Shown here piece after piece: positions 25,051-38,082 of a DNA stretch of 64,000 bases. Numbering within the stretch: position 1 is the stretch's first letter; every line of letters starts with the position of its first letter. The position numbers and the translations under genes were made by a program. Source of the DNA: Vermamoeba vermiformis (lineage: Eukaryota); contig JBEWZL010000239.1 of assembly GCA_045837725.1 (NCBI GenBank), forward strand, positions 1 to 64,000. Direction: 5' to 3'. The notes under the pieces were generated by a model. The model saw only the letters and a list, made by a program, of their open reading frames with translations. It was not told the origin of the DNA and ran no database searches.

Positions 25051-28000
25051 TTAATTAATGGGACGAATGTATTTGTTGTAGTCCTCATCTTTGTTAGTCC
25101 ATTCGCGCAACACTTTCAAGTTTTTGTGGAGCGGTGAAATGTGGTCTTGAGGCGAGAGCGGCGAGATCGAACCGAAGTACGAAGAGGACAAATAGGGAGT
25201 AGCTGAAGTAACCTCGTCATCGCGGTACGCTGACACAGGATTAGTACTAATAGACGAACAGAACTCACTGAACCTACCATCGTATTTGAGCGAGAAGTTT
25301 TCAAGGTGATCCTTGACATCAGCGCGCTTGATCATGCCAACGAAGCCAGTCAAGTTCATCTTCTTCACGTGAATCACAAAGTTCTTGTCTTGTTCTTCAA
25401 GAGGTTGCAAAATTGACGTGCCGAACGCTTGTTGCAACAACTGCCAACAGTAAGTATATGCGGTGTCATACCTTATTATCAAATTTACCTTTTTAGTCAA
25501 TTCGTAGTAATCGTTGGGAGCCAAGTCGAACGATTGCCAGAAGCCAGGAATGGCAGCGGGTTTGAGGAAGGGGAAGATGCGATTCTGGACGTATTCAGTC
25601 ACCACTGGCTCGGCGTTGTTGATCGCTGCAGCCAAATCTTCCTTTGTCAAGCGGATGACATCGGTAGAGATGCTGGGCAGCTTGGAGCGTCGCGAGTACA
25701 ACATTTTGCTCAACGTTTCGCGCAAGTGGTTGGCGTTGTCAATGACACGACTTTGAACTTTTGCATCGTAACCCAACTGCAAGCCAAACACGCCAAAGAC
25801 TAAACAAAAGATGTTAGCACACGACAGGTAATCACGATAATTCCTTACCTCTGTACACAATGTTGTTCAAGTTTTGCGTGGGCTCGTTGATGATCTCGGT
25901 CAAGTGGCTTTCAAAGTAGTTGAGTTCCATGCGCTCCAATTCGACGGTCAAGCCCAGCAAAGCGTCTTCGGGAGAGATTTGCATGAAGTAGCTGCTGGAG
26001 AGACCAGGGCCTTGAATTCTACGGGCCACAAAGCTCCTGTTTTGCATGGGAATGCGAGCACGCGGCTTGATGATCGCCACGTACATGAAGAGGTCGTACA
26101 TGTAGCGCACGAGAGCCTTGATCGAGTAGCCAACTGTAATGGCCACACCGGCCACGGGGTGAGCTGCAAGACCAGCGACAAGTGCCAAGATGGAGCGAAC
26201 AGCACCTCCGAACACGATCTTGAGCAACAAGCCCAGCAAGGGGAACAAGGGTTGACGATTGAAATAGGGCTCATAGAACACAAATCTAAACAACTGCACC
26301 AAGGTCACAACAGTAGGCACCCAGGCCACAGAGGTGATCATGCCGAGAAGTGACACGACGAAGTTGACCAAAGTGGCTGTGGGCTGAATGACAGTCCAGA
26401 TCGTAGTGCCGAACAGACCCTTGAACACGTAGTTCCAAAGTCTGCACGCGTTAGTTTAAGTAACTTAAGACGAAGATGCTATCGACGTACCTGTTCAACT
26501 GACGCACGAAAGTTTTGCCCAAGAAACCAGTGTCAGGCTCAGCTTCAAATTGAGCACGTGACTTTCTGACGCTCTCCCAAATAGCGCGAATTCGTTCGGC
26601 GAAAGTCAGAATCTTGCTGTTCGGATCGCGCTGGAGTTCTCCAGTGAGGTAGTTGACTTCCCACAAAGGACAGAAAGGCTTGTTGTAGAACAACGCCTTC
26701 AAACCAAACGTAGCTACAATTGCGCGTTAGCTCAGCAATTGATCGATGCCACATTCATTGCACTTACAGTTGAGCATTGAATACACGAGCACCAGTAACG
26801 AATTGCTCCACCAAGTGGTGATGCGCTTGTAGTAATTTCTCCACACCCAGAACCACTGCTTTGTATTCGTCTCGGTGACTTCCCACTTCTCTGCATGATA
26901 GTAGCCGGAGTGGCTATCACGCTTGATTACCCAGTGTTTTGCTCTCCAAATATGGCGATACCAACTGAACGTGTAGGTCGGCAACGTGATCTTATTCAAT
27001 CTATTCGAGTCGCGTTAATTCTATCATAATGTCATCAATTACATTAGAAGTGTAACGTACTCTTTCTCTATGGCCGCTTTGAACTTTTGATCGCGCACTT
27101 TGTGCAAAAAGAAGCGCAAGAAGAAGGCTTGTTGTTTCCAGCCGTTCTGGTCAAAGATTTTCAACGCTCGCTCGTGCACCTCCCACTGGTACTGTTCGGT
27201 CACTCGCGCGAGTTCTTGGCCGACTTTCTTCTCGATCCACGAGTTGATGCGTGATCTGATGGGATTGTTCTTCACCAGATTCTCTCGATAGACGCGAATC
27301 TTTTCTTGAACTTCAGTGTCAACTTGAGCTGTCACTGTGAAGATAGCGCGCACGGCTAACAAGTGTTGGATGAGTTCCTCAGCCTCGCCCTTGTTCTTGA
27401 ACTCCTTGCGGATCTCTTGCAATATCAGCTCTGTGTTCTTCTCCACAAGCTCATCAGCCACGCGGGTCTTGACAGCCTTCAATCGTTCGTCGCGTGCCGC
27501 TTCGGTCTCGTTTTCAACGACAGGCAGTTCAGCCACGTACTGTTCGTACAATTTTTTGCCAAGGGCACGACGTTCAACGCCCCATGCGTTGTTTACGCGA
27601 TTAAAAGTCGCCTCCATTCTTCTGCTGGTCTGCGCAGCGTTAGAATTGGAGCAAGAGAGGCGTGAGGGTAACGTACCTTGTTGAAGTGGATCCAAGGGCC
27701 CATATGAAACACGAGCGAGGGATCTTCTTTGCTCTTGTACACCTCAAGTTCAGCAGGGTCCTCTTGCAGCTCTTTGAATAGCAACACTTTGAGTGCACTT
27801 TGTGTTTTTTCATCCATCTCATACGAGGGGTACTTAGGGCTGGACAGAACGGATTAGAACCGCGCAACAACACTAGATGAACAGCTTACTAAGAGCTTGG
27901 CACACCAAGGAACAAGTTGAAAATGTCGCGGAAGGCCCGGAATCCGTAACGAATACCACCGATAATGCTGAACGATTCCGCACTTAAAAGACGAGTTAGA

Positions 28001-28913
28001 AGGCTGATATTACATTGGTATAGAGTAGGATTCACCTAGTATTGAAAAAGCGAGCAGGCATTTGAATGGCAAATTGGTTGACCGTGTAGGCGAGGCCTTT
28101 GTACCACGAGTTGCGAATGTTGTCCACACCGGCAATCAACAAGGGAGTGATCAACCAGACGTGCTTCTGCTCGGGAAATTTCTTGCTCTGCACGGAGAAT
28201 GTGCCTGTAGCCCAGAGCTCGTGGCGTTGCTCTTTGGTGAGGTACTAAAGTGGATTTAGTAAGTTCATGAAATTGGTAGCAAAAATAGAACAAGACTTTA
28301 AAATATCAAAATAAATTGAAATTAAGCACCAGTTCGAATATTTTGATGCATTCGCGTGCTTCGAAATGAATATTGATTTTTACGGATTTATCTTTGGTTA
28401 CCTTCTGTTTACCGTTCGCGTCGCGAGCTACTTCGTCCAATTCATCGAAATTAGTATTCACAACATATCGTGAGCGAAGGTCTTCACTAGCCTTTTCGTC
28501 GGCAAAGGCGGTGGGAGGCAATCTGATCGACAGGTATTTCCAGAGCCACACCTCGGTTGCAAACAAATGCTCAATTTGCTTCACTACCTCTTCTTCAGCA
28601 TTGTTACGGCCAGCGACCTGAGAATTTAAAGATCAAATCGAATTTAAAAATAGAATCCGGCAGGAAATTTTAAGTGCCAACAATTTAGCTTTACATCGCG
28701 ATAATTATGTAATACGTTATGCTTACATCGTCATTGGGTCTGATGATACTTGGGTCAACTGGTATTTTCTCTCGGTTCGGATCGTACACCTCCTGAATTT
28801 ATGATTAGCTTCGTTCCTAATTCGTGAACTATCGACCACACTATTTTATTCCAATAGCAGTATATCTTTATATATATAATATTTACCTTAGGAACTTGCA
28901 CTGCGCCTTCCAT
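25051..28913 (-). CDS. Large hypothetical protein with coiled-coil region and hydrophobic/TM segments
   Basis: Long spliceable ORFs with strong codon bias; Trp-rich FSWYRHIWRAKHW, FEAEPDTGFLGK and RARIP...ARRIQGPGLSSSYF blocks. Family not recognised with certainty. Confidence 0.75.
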
Positions 28914-29136
28914 GGTGTTGTGTCCAAAATTTTTAATGAAACTGAGGAGTTCAACCGTGTCAGCATCTTAACGGCTGCGTATTTCGGAATTGCAAAAAGA
29001 CCTTAAAATAAGGAACAATGGGAACGGGTGATATTCCAAAGTGAAACAGAATTCCTGAATTTTTGTGCGCATCCGATTTTTTTTTGTTGTTAAGACAACC
29101 ACAGCTCGACATAAACACTGCGCGAATTAAATTATC

Positions 29137-30967
29137 ATGGGTGACAAAATGGAACTTGATAGCGTGGAAATCAACTCCGAATCCAGCGAGAAAACAGAGG
29201 AGTTGTCAGATGGCGAGTGGGCGGCGCTAGAAGCGGCCGAAAAAGAAGCTATCGAGAAATTCAAAGACCAAGACAACAATAATAACAAATCTAACGATAA
29301 TAAGCGACATCCTGCTTCTTTAGAAGAAGATCAAAAGAAGATGTCGCTTGTCTTTGAAGAGCCCGTGGAGGAAGAGGACGATTTCTTTCAAACAAATAAT
29401 AATCAACCAGAATCAGGCGTGAGAACACGGCAAACGACATCAGCACAGAACTCTGGAAAGAATTTTCTATTTTATTCCGGTAAATAATAACCGTTACAGA
29501 TCTGCCCAAAAAAATCTAAATATTTGTATCACTCTGCGAAAGAGATTTTCATATTTATTATCAGGAAAAATCAAATCAATGCCCAGTGGTGATTATCTTG
29601 ACAACATCCACAAGCGCTGGTGGTATAATTACGACTTATTAGAGCAATTTCACGGGTATGTATATTTAAATATACGTGTTATATTAGATATTAGCGACCG
29701 GATCCGAATTTAGACGGAATGCCATAAATCATGCGGGATCTGAATATTTTCTACTTCCTTAGGTATATTCAATGGCTATTTCCTGTCTTCGAATCAAGTG
29801 GCATGAATTCAATGTCTGCCGCGCTATCAAAACACGAAGCTAAATTAATTAGAGAAGATTTTTATGCGGCCGTTCGGGTCATCACTTCCTATAGGTAAAA
29901 AATTCCAATAATAATTTAACAATAATCATTAATACTCATCATTTTCAGAATGATGTTGAATTTCTACGGCTTGAGATTGGTCGATGAAATGACTGGTGAA
30001 ATTGAACGGTGTCCGCACATTTGGCAGAACAGATACAAGAATCTCATTGAACACCCGCATAACTTTTTGAGAATTAGTGAGTATAATTATTTATAATATT
30101 TTGACCCGGACTCTAATATTATTACAGACCGCATTTTGACGAGCTTGGGTCACTTGGGATTTTCACGTTACAAACGACCTCTGGTGCGTCATTTCGAGAT
30201 TGAAATTGACGAGAATGGATTGCTGCACTCGTGCAAGAAATCACTCGATAAGTTCTGGAAACAGACTTTGGAAGTCAACAGCAAAGAGTACGAACAACAC
30301 TGCTGCTATAAAGAGGGCTCGTATTAATTGCATTTGTCTTGTAGGTATTATTTGAAGACCAAAGAAGCGCCCGAAGATCGTACGGAATCAATATTCTTCC
30401 ATCACTTGCACAATCAAACGGACATGTACAAAGCCTACCAAAAGCATTGCGAAATTTTCACGCGTAATCACGTAAGCTCTCCATTCGCAAGACTCGTGTT
30501 ACGAGAAAGCTCACCTAAGTTTCCTTTTTAGGCAAAAGACAAAGAGGAGAGCGATGAAACTGAGAGTTTGTCGTGGAGAAAATATGAAGAGCGAATGAAA
30601 CGAGCCAATCACGACATTGCACTGATCAACAATCAACACACGACAACTAAGCGGAACAATAACGAAAATAATACGAACAAAACAAATAATACTAACAGTA
30701 AGAATAAGACCGCTAATGATCCTAAACAACGAAGGTAATATTAATGTTTCGAAAGTTGTTCAAAGCACCAAATAATTGCAATTTTTTGACGCTCTTAATG
30801 GTAGGTTGGATGAGATGTTCAAAGGCAAATCGACCAAAAATAACAACGATGACGATGAAGATGGTGAGCCCATGTTGAGAAGTGGACGAGGACGTGCTGC
30901 AAATAGCAAACCTCCTGCAGCTGGTGCCAAGAAATCTCCTCGTGGACGAGGCAGAGCCAAAAAATAA
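29137..30967 (+). CDS. Opioid growth factor receptor (OGFr) conserved-domain protein
   Basis: YDLLEQFHGYIQWLFP, YRMMLNFYGLRL, HPHNFLRINRILTSLGHLG. Confidence 0.9.
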
Positions 30968-31114
30968 AACACAGTAGTGATGCGTAACTTTGCGTACAAA
31001 GCGAGGGCCATGCATGCAATAGTTAGCAACAACTTGCGTTGATTTCTGTCAGTTTAAGTTTGCTAGCAAATGAAGAGGTAGTACCTCGTGCAGATTGTGA
31101 AGCAGAAATTTATT

Positions 31115-34100
31115 TTAGAAATTGATGTCTTTGTTTGACAAGTGATTAACTTGGAGCTTTTTGTTGTGCATTGTTTCGAACTTGCGCTGAACTTCATCCA
31201 AGAGAGGTGTTTTAGCGCAGCACCATGTCAACACCGTTAATTGCGGACAAGACGACAACAACTTGGCGAATAGAGTTGCTGCATCAAACTTCTGGTCAGA
31301 TTCATTCTCTCGGCCTCTATTTTTGTCGTTATTCTCATCGGTGCCATCATTGGCATTATTCTCGTCATCTTCCGTTTGATAAGTCTTCTGCTGTACTTCT
31401 TTCACGGTAAGTTCTTCGAGGGTTGCGAGGCGTTCGAAAAAATCGTAGGTGATTGGGCACACAATTGACAGCTCTTTTAGCCTTGAATGAACATGTTAGT
31501 AATAACTCATATTTGCAGCGAGGGCAATTATCGTACTTTGGAGTGTACAGCTCGATGTGTTCAATTTGTGAGCAAATGTCCAATGTCTTCAGAAGCTGGA
31601 TGGATGTAATGATTAGTCAACCAATACAGGTGCACATAACTCACTGTAGATTCAAGGAACAATGATTTTAAGGGCGCATCGGTCGAGAATCGGCGCAAGG
31701 GCGCTTTGATTTTGACACGTGTCAAGTTAAGGCACCCATCGAAACTCGCTTCGGTCAAATTGTCAGACTCGAAGTCAACCTCGACCAAGTTCATATTCAA
31801 ATATAGACGCTGGAATTGCAGCTGGGACGGCACTCTTGTCAATTTAACTGCACGGTGGTTAGGTCTTTCATTTCGAAAGAAGCAACAAACAACTAACCCG
31901 GCTTCGTTGGTCGCTTTAAAGTGTACATGCCATCAGGGTAGGTTTGAGTAGGATACGCTGAGTAGTTCAACAAGTTGGGACACGAGTTTGTTTCACTGAA
32001 ATTGATAAAATTAGAGCAAACCGAACAGTACTTTGACTACTGACCCGATCAGTTGCAGTGTAGCTTCGCACAGATTAGTGTTCGTGACGTCATTAAGGAG
32101 GTCGTACTATTAAGTGTTAGTTCAATATAGAGCTCTTTTTGTTTTTGCTTCTCTGCTTCCAAATGGTACATACTCTGCCATCGTTGTCAAAGGTGATGGT
32201 ACGAGCATTAGGACACTGAATGTCGCTCGTCTCCACGGAGTGAATATGATACAAGTAGATCAGTTCCAAGCTCTTGCTGTGAAGTTTCAAGTGACTGAAC
32301 GGTGCATTCACGTCGCGTGACTCGGTGAATCCGATCTGCTTCAAATTCGGCAATCCTGACACACTGTCAATCACAAGAACGTTTGACTATCGATCAATCG
32401 GTCCGATTTACCTTTGCACAGTATATCAAGTGCCTCAGCAGTGATGTTAGCACAGCCGTAGAAGTCGAGGCATTCAACCGAAGGAAATTTCGCTACCAGC
32501 AACTCGTAATACCGCAAGTCAAGCGGAGGTCCCTCAAGGGTCAGTTCTCTAGGTTGAGCAACATAATCTACGTCAGCGGGCTCCATCATTTGCTGCTGCG
32601 TAATTTTCACGGTCGGTGGCATTAGGGATTGATTCTGAACATTACGGTTAGTTTGCGTTCAACAGATGCTCCTTTGACATACTTTTGTGGCTCTGAAAGG
32701 CAAATCTACGTCTCCAGTGACACATCCTTTCTTGAGCACTACATCAGCAGGCATTTTGTCCACGAGCAACCAAAACACTGGCACTGTATCGTTGTCCATC
32801 GTTACTGTCAATGACTCGAGAGCAGACCAATCGACATTCATCGCTTCATGCAGACCTGTCACAGGAGTGGCAAAATACAGATGTTTCAAAGCACAGCTCT
32901 TAATGCCAAAAACGCCCTTGAAGACGCGAAGGTCAACGAGTGCTGGTGTGTCGATGATCGAGTCCGCAACTCGGAGCTGCAACTTGGTCAAGTGTGGGTG
33001 CGTGAGGTTGATTCGGTGTGGCGTTGCCAGTTCTGTAACTTGTTAGCGTTCATGAACCTAGATAAGGCAAAAATAGTCATACCCAAGTCAAGCTCGAGAA
33101 GCTTTGAAAGCTGAGCAATAACGTGCGGCACAGTGATGTTCGCTGCACCATTCTTATTCGAGGGCTCGTCAATGACCTTCAGTTCCAGTTCAACGAGATT
33201 GGTGGCGTACACAAGATGTGCCACGTGTGAGTACGCCAAGTATTGTAATTTGAGCTTCAACAAACGAGAGCCAAAGTCTATGAAAGTACGTTAATATTAA
33301 GGAGCAAGCAGGAGGGTAGACGCGTACTTTGAAAGAAAAACGAACTGTCTTCACCAAAACCAAGTGACCCAATTATTCCCCGACTTTGGAACCGTCTTAG
33401 TTTCAATTTTTTGGGGAACTCCGCGCTGCTTTTGGCAAGCTTGGACAGTGTTTCGAACACTTTCTTCGGGTACTCTTTCTCCGCTGTTAATCGCAAGCTA
33501 TGCAATTGCTTACAGTGCTTCGCTAGGCTCTAATTAATGTTGTACTTAGCAATAGAATATTAAATTTTCTGAATTCATTCACTTGCATTCATATCGGCTT
33601 TGGACATGTTCGCCAATCCTGCGACACGAGCATTAGTATGGCCCATTATTACAGTGTATTTCAATCGTACCTAGACTTTTTAAATTGGGTCCTAATGCTC
33701 GAAGCAACTTCTCTTTCTCATCGTAACTACAGTAAGAAGTGTCTTTCAGCTTCGTTAACTGAAGAATTGTTAGTTAGATTTTTTGATTATTATATAGCAA
33801 TATGAATACATTAGTCATAGAAGTAAGCATGTTTAGCTGCCCGTTGTCGATATCGAGAGTGAGAGCATGTAACCGCGTCATATTTTGCGACATCGATTCG
33901 AGTACCTAAAAAAATCAAATAAATACTGCATACTTCCTTATATCACAGACGACGTACTGAGCTCTTGAATTCACCAGCCAATGCCTTGAATTTTTGTAAA
34001 TTAGGCAGTGCCTTGCTCAAATCATCGCAATTTACTCCGAAAGAATCGTTGCGGTACGTCAAGTCAGTTATTGAAGTGCCGTGAAGCTCCCATAACATTT

Positions 34101-34650
34101 CAATTTCCTCCTTGTCGCCTTTAAGGGCCTATTGTGATATTAATTGGAAAGTCGGTTGCTCGTAACTTACTGTAAGCTTTACTGGACGGCAAAATAGAGC
34201 GACGAAGTTGCATGAGAATTTGTAGGTACCCCACTCGCGCCACGAAATGCCGTTATAGCTGCCAAAGCTGATTTCTGACGAGGGTTTTGATGCTTCTTTA
34301 TTGATAATTGCTGGAATGTCTGGATGCGAATGTTTAATTGAAAAAGGAATTATTTATTTATTTATTTCAAAGATCCTACCGATAGACGTGCCATATTTGA
34401 TTTTTAAATATTTTTGAATTTTTGAAATTCGACTTTTTGATAATCTTTCTTGATCTGCCTTCAAAAACACCAAAACAATTATCTCTTTCACTGTCAGTCC
34501 TCTTAATAAATTTTTCAAAGCAAAATCAAGCCAAAATGAGTCATTGTAAAGAGTTTGTTTGATTGCTCTGCCTGTCGTCAGAAATGAACACTTGTCGTTC
34601 ACTGGCAAGTAGCTCGCGATGTGCAACCATATTTCTGCTGGTGTATCCAT
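31115..34650 (-). CDS. F-box/LRR protein (paralog B)
   Basis: MDTPAEIWLHIASYLPVNDKCSFLTTG...NDSFW plus LRRs; similar exon layout to paralog A. Confidence 0.85.
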
Positions 34651-34893
34651 TAGAAGTCAGCTACAATGATGCCGCGTTCATTTTGTGTCAAAGAGGTGCC
34701 ACAGAACGTGTCCCAAACCTGCGAAAAATGAACGAACAATTGTCCTGCCATAGTGAAATTGTACGAACACCATCTTTTCGAGAAGATATTAGGAAGTACT
34801 ATAATTCAATGATGCTACTTTCAAGTTAATGTATTTACCTTTCTATTTACACTTCTCTTATTAAATATAACTTATATAATACAACTATATAAT

Positions 34894-37868
34894 CTAATTA
34901 ATGCCTTGCGGTCTGCCAGTGATCATTTGTGGCTGATTTCTGAACTGTAAATGCTTCGCGTATTCATCGTTCGATTGCACCATCTTGCTCAACAGCTCAT
35001 CAAATGAATGTGCTGCCATTCTACGAAGATCCTTGTAGCTGCAATAACAGTTGTTAAAACAAGTTAAAAACGTGTTATTTCAGCCGTACCTGATGAACAG
35101 AGTTGTCTTCTGATCTCTGCTCGTCAACAAGACTTTCTCATCCACACCAGCGTCAAGCTTGTTGAGCGCATTAATAACATGCGCAAAATCAATCGATGGA
35201 GTGCCGTCCTCGTACACTTGATGGAACACAAAGTCACGGAACAATTTCAAGATGTATCTGTCTTCTGTTTCCGACCAATTGGCAGACTGTTCGAATTCAG
35301 GTCGTTCGTTAATGAAACCTAATTTGACGAGCAGTCTGAACATGCGTCCATTCTCGAGCTCTTTCATGAGATCATTTTCCAAGTCATCGCAAGTGCTGTA
35401 AGAGCAATTAGTATACGTTTCCTGAGCTAATCTGTGTCATACTTCTGAACTCGATCGAGGTGCTCAAGTATTTTTCCGCTGATAGATTGACAAATGTCAT
35501 TGATGATAGGACTTTGGTTCGCTTCAACAGGCTTTGTCTCCAACAGCTTTGCAATTAAATTACGCAACTCTGCACTGTACGTGCTCTCGACGTGTTCCAA
35601 GGCTTTTGCGACTTGCTGCAAGGCCAATAATGACCGGTGACACAACACCAACAACAACTTGCCGAAGCACTTCAAATCTTCCGCCTGTCAAGTGTTAGCA
35701 CAAGGCTGGTATAATTGGTCATCAGGGCATACCTGGGCTTGAGCGATGTGCTTTTTACTCGCGAGATCTCGGCTCAACAGCTCTTCAATGCCGGTCCAAT
35801 TGATGCGAACACGACACTTTCCGCTGATGAGTACTTTCGAAGGAAAGATTCGGCACGATAGTCCTGCGGCGTGAATAGTGCGCAACGCCGAGGCTATTTG
35901 AACAGTAATGGACCACAACACATCTTCTGGAATAACTGTCTTTTCTTGTTCTCCGGTCGAGCGTAAAAACCGTTCATCGAGTGTGTCAGCGCCAGGGTAA
36001 TAATCGTACGCCAAGTACAATGCTGGACCAACGTTAAATTCTGCGAAGTTGTATGAAGTCGTTAGCAAGTACTTACTATTTACATTGTCAAACGCGTTAC
36101 TCGCGAACATCTCTCGTAGTGGCACGATATTCGAGTGACTGAGCTGCTTCCAAGCCTCAACACACTGCACTGCCGACTCGTGCAAGCGAATGCCATCAAT
36201 TTTCCTGTGAAAGATTAGTCCAGATACATTAAATAGGCTCAATGAGGGCCCTACTTCAGTGCGTAACATCTACCATCAGCTGCGCTAGCTTTGAAAGTCA
36301 GAGTTCGCAAGCCAAATACTTTCGAGACATTCTCGTCGCGTAGATTTTCCAGAGGATACAAACTGTGATATCGATGGAGGGTGCGCGGGAGTGAAGCTGT
36401 TTCGGGGTCTGTACGCAAGGGTTAGCTTCAGTATCAACGTCAAGATAAGCACTTGCCATCGGGTGAAGTGCCCTTCAACATCAATTCACTGCGGCGCTGC
36501 AGCTCTTTCTTCAAATCATCTGATATGAAGAAACTGACTGGACGTCGTGGCATGGGCTGTGATAGAACTGCCGCTGGTCCCGGCAAAATAAACATCGTCG
36601 GATGTGGTACTGGATTCGGCATAGGATGTTGTGGAGGCATGTAGAAGTGATTGGGGTATTCACCGTGAGGGTGCTAATGCTTTGATTAGATACTAAATCA
36701 AATTGAAGCATGTGACTTACCATATTTGGATCTTGAAAGTGGATCACGCCATTAGGCTTCAAGCCGTTCATATACGGTGAATGATTCAACGACCCAACGG
36801 GACTGGAGCCATTAATAGGACTAGGGCTCATGCTGTGATATTGACCTGGGGGGCTACGACTAACCATCACCGGTGCGTGTCGACTGGGTGAATAAGGTAT
36901 CGGCACAATTGGTTGTAATTGCATGGGACTGGCGTGCCGCGGTGAGTGCAAAGGCGACGGGTCCCGTGACTGTCTTTGACCTAAAGTTGATTCATCAATG
37001 ATGTACTCTGGTCGTGCTACTCCATCGAACATACCCGGTCGAAACTGCGGGGAGTGTTCGTTGACGGGCGTCAATTCGATACTTGGTACGGGCGATGAGC
37101 TCGCGGTAGACTTGGGGCTGCCATCTACGAATTATTAGCATGCACAGTAATTCATTAAATGGTTTACTGTCTTACCTAATGATGTTGATTGCATCGCGTG
37201 AGTCAGGGCGGATCTGAATTAATTAGTGTTTGCAAATAATAATGATACTATATATGAATGTATTACAACTCATGCTCGCCATTAGCCTCGTTTCCAGTCT
37301 GAAAAATATGAATTTTGCGTCAGAAAATTGAAGCAAATTTGATTTTTTGAACTTACAGGACCGTGATAATATTCACATCCTCGATTTTGATATTTACAAT
37401 AGCCATACGTAGCCACATTTCTACACGGCCGTTGAGATTTTGGTACTAAAATTGATGATAAATTCAGTAAAATCAACTTTAAATTTCTCCTTCCATCAAA
37501 GCCGTAACTGATCTATATTGTATTGCTATCTAGACTTAACCGCAAGAAATTGAAATTGCAACACGATCAAAGAATAAGAATGTGAAATATCTTTTTTTCG
37601 ATTTTTTTGAATTATTATTACGGGTAGTTTCGGGAATGGGATTTTTACCTCCGTAGCCATTCGGATGAGTAATATTTATGAATTTTGAATCACCAGCAGG
37701 CTGCACGTGTTGAAAACTGCAGTAATCCCCGTGGTTGCATACTCCACTTTGTGCATAATAGCGACAAATTCTAATACAGAAGTAAATGTAAAGATTGAAT
37801 GTACCAAAGTATTCAAATTTAGTATTATAATGACATTATTCGGAAACTTACTGGGTTGAAGTATTCAT
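34894..37868 (-). CDS. PAN3: PAN2-PAN3 deadenylase subunit PAN3
   Basis: Two CCCH fingers (CRYYAQSGVCNHGDYCSFQH; CRNVATYGYCKYQNRGCEYYH), pseudokinase HSNIVPLRE/YDYYPGA, and ELENGRMFRLLVKLGFINERPE...WSETEDRYILKLFRDFVFHQV. Confidence 0.95.
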
Positions 37869-38082
37869 CAAGCAAAGTTAGATCGGGCAAGTTTGACTTA
37901 GTTGCACGAAGCTCTTTCTACGTCTTATTCTCGATTAATCGTTCATATGTTACTGGTATAACAAAAAGATATGCAAAAGTGAACCACAGAAAAGTTTTGA
38001 GCATTTTTGTGTGGACGAAGAAAACTGCAACGGAATTCACGGACCACTTTCGTATTTAAAATTACTTACGGATAGCACAAAG

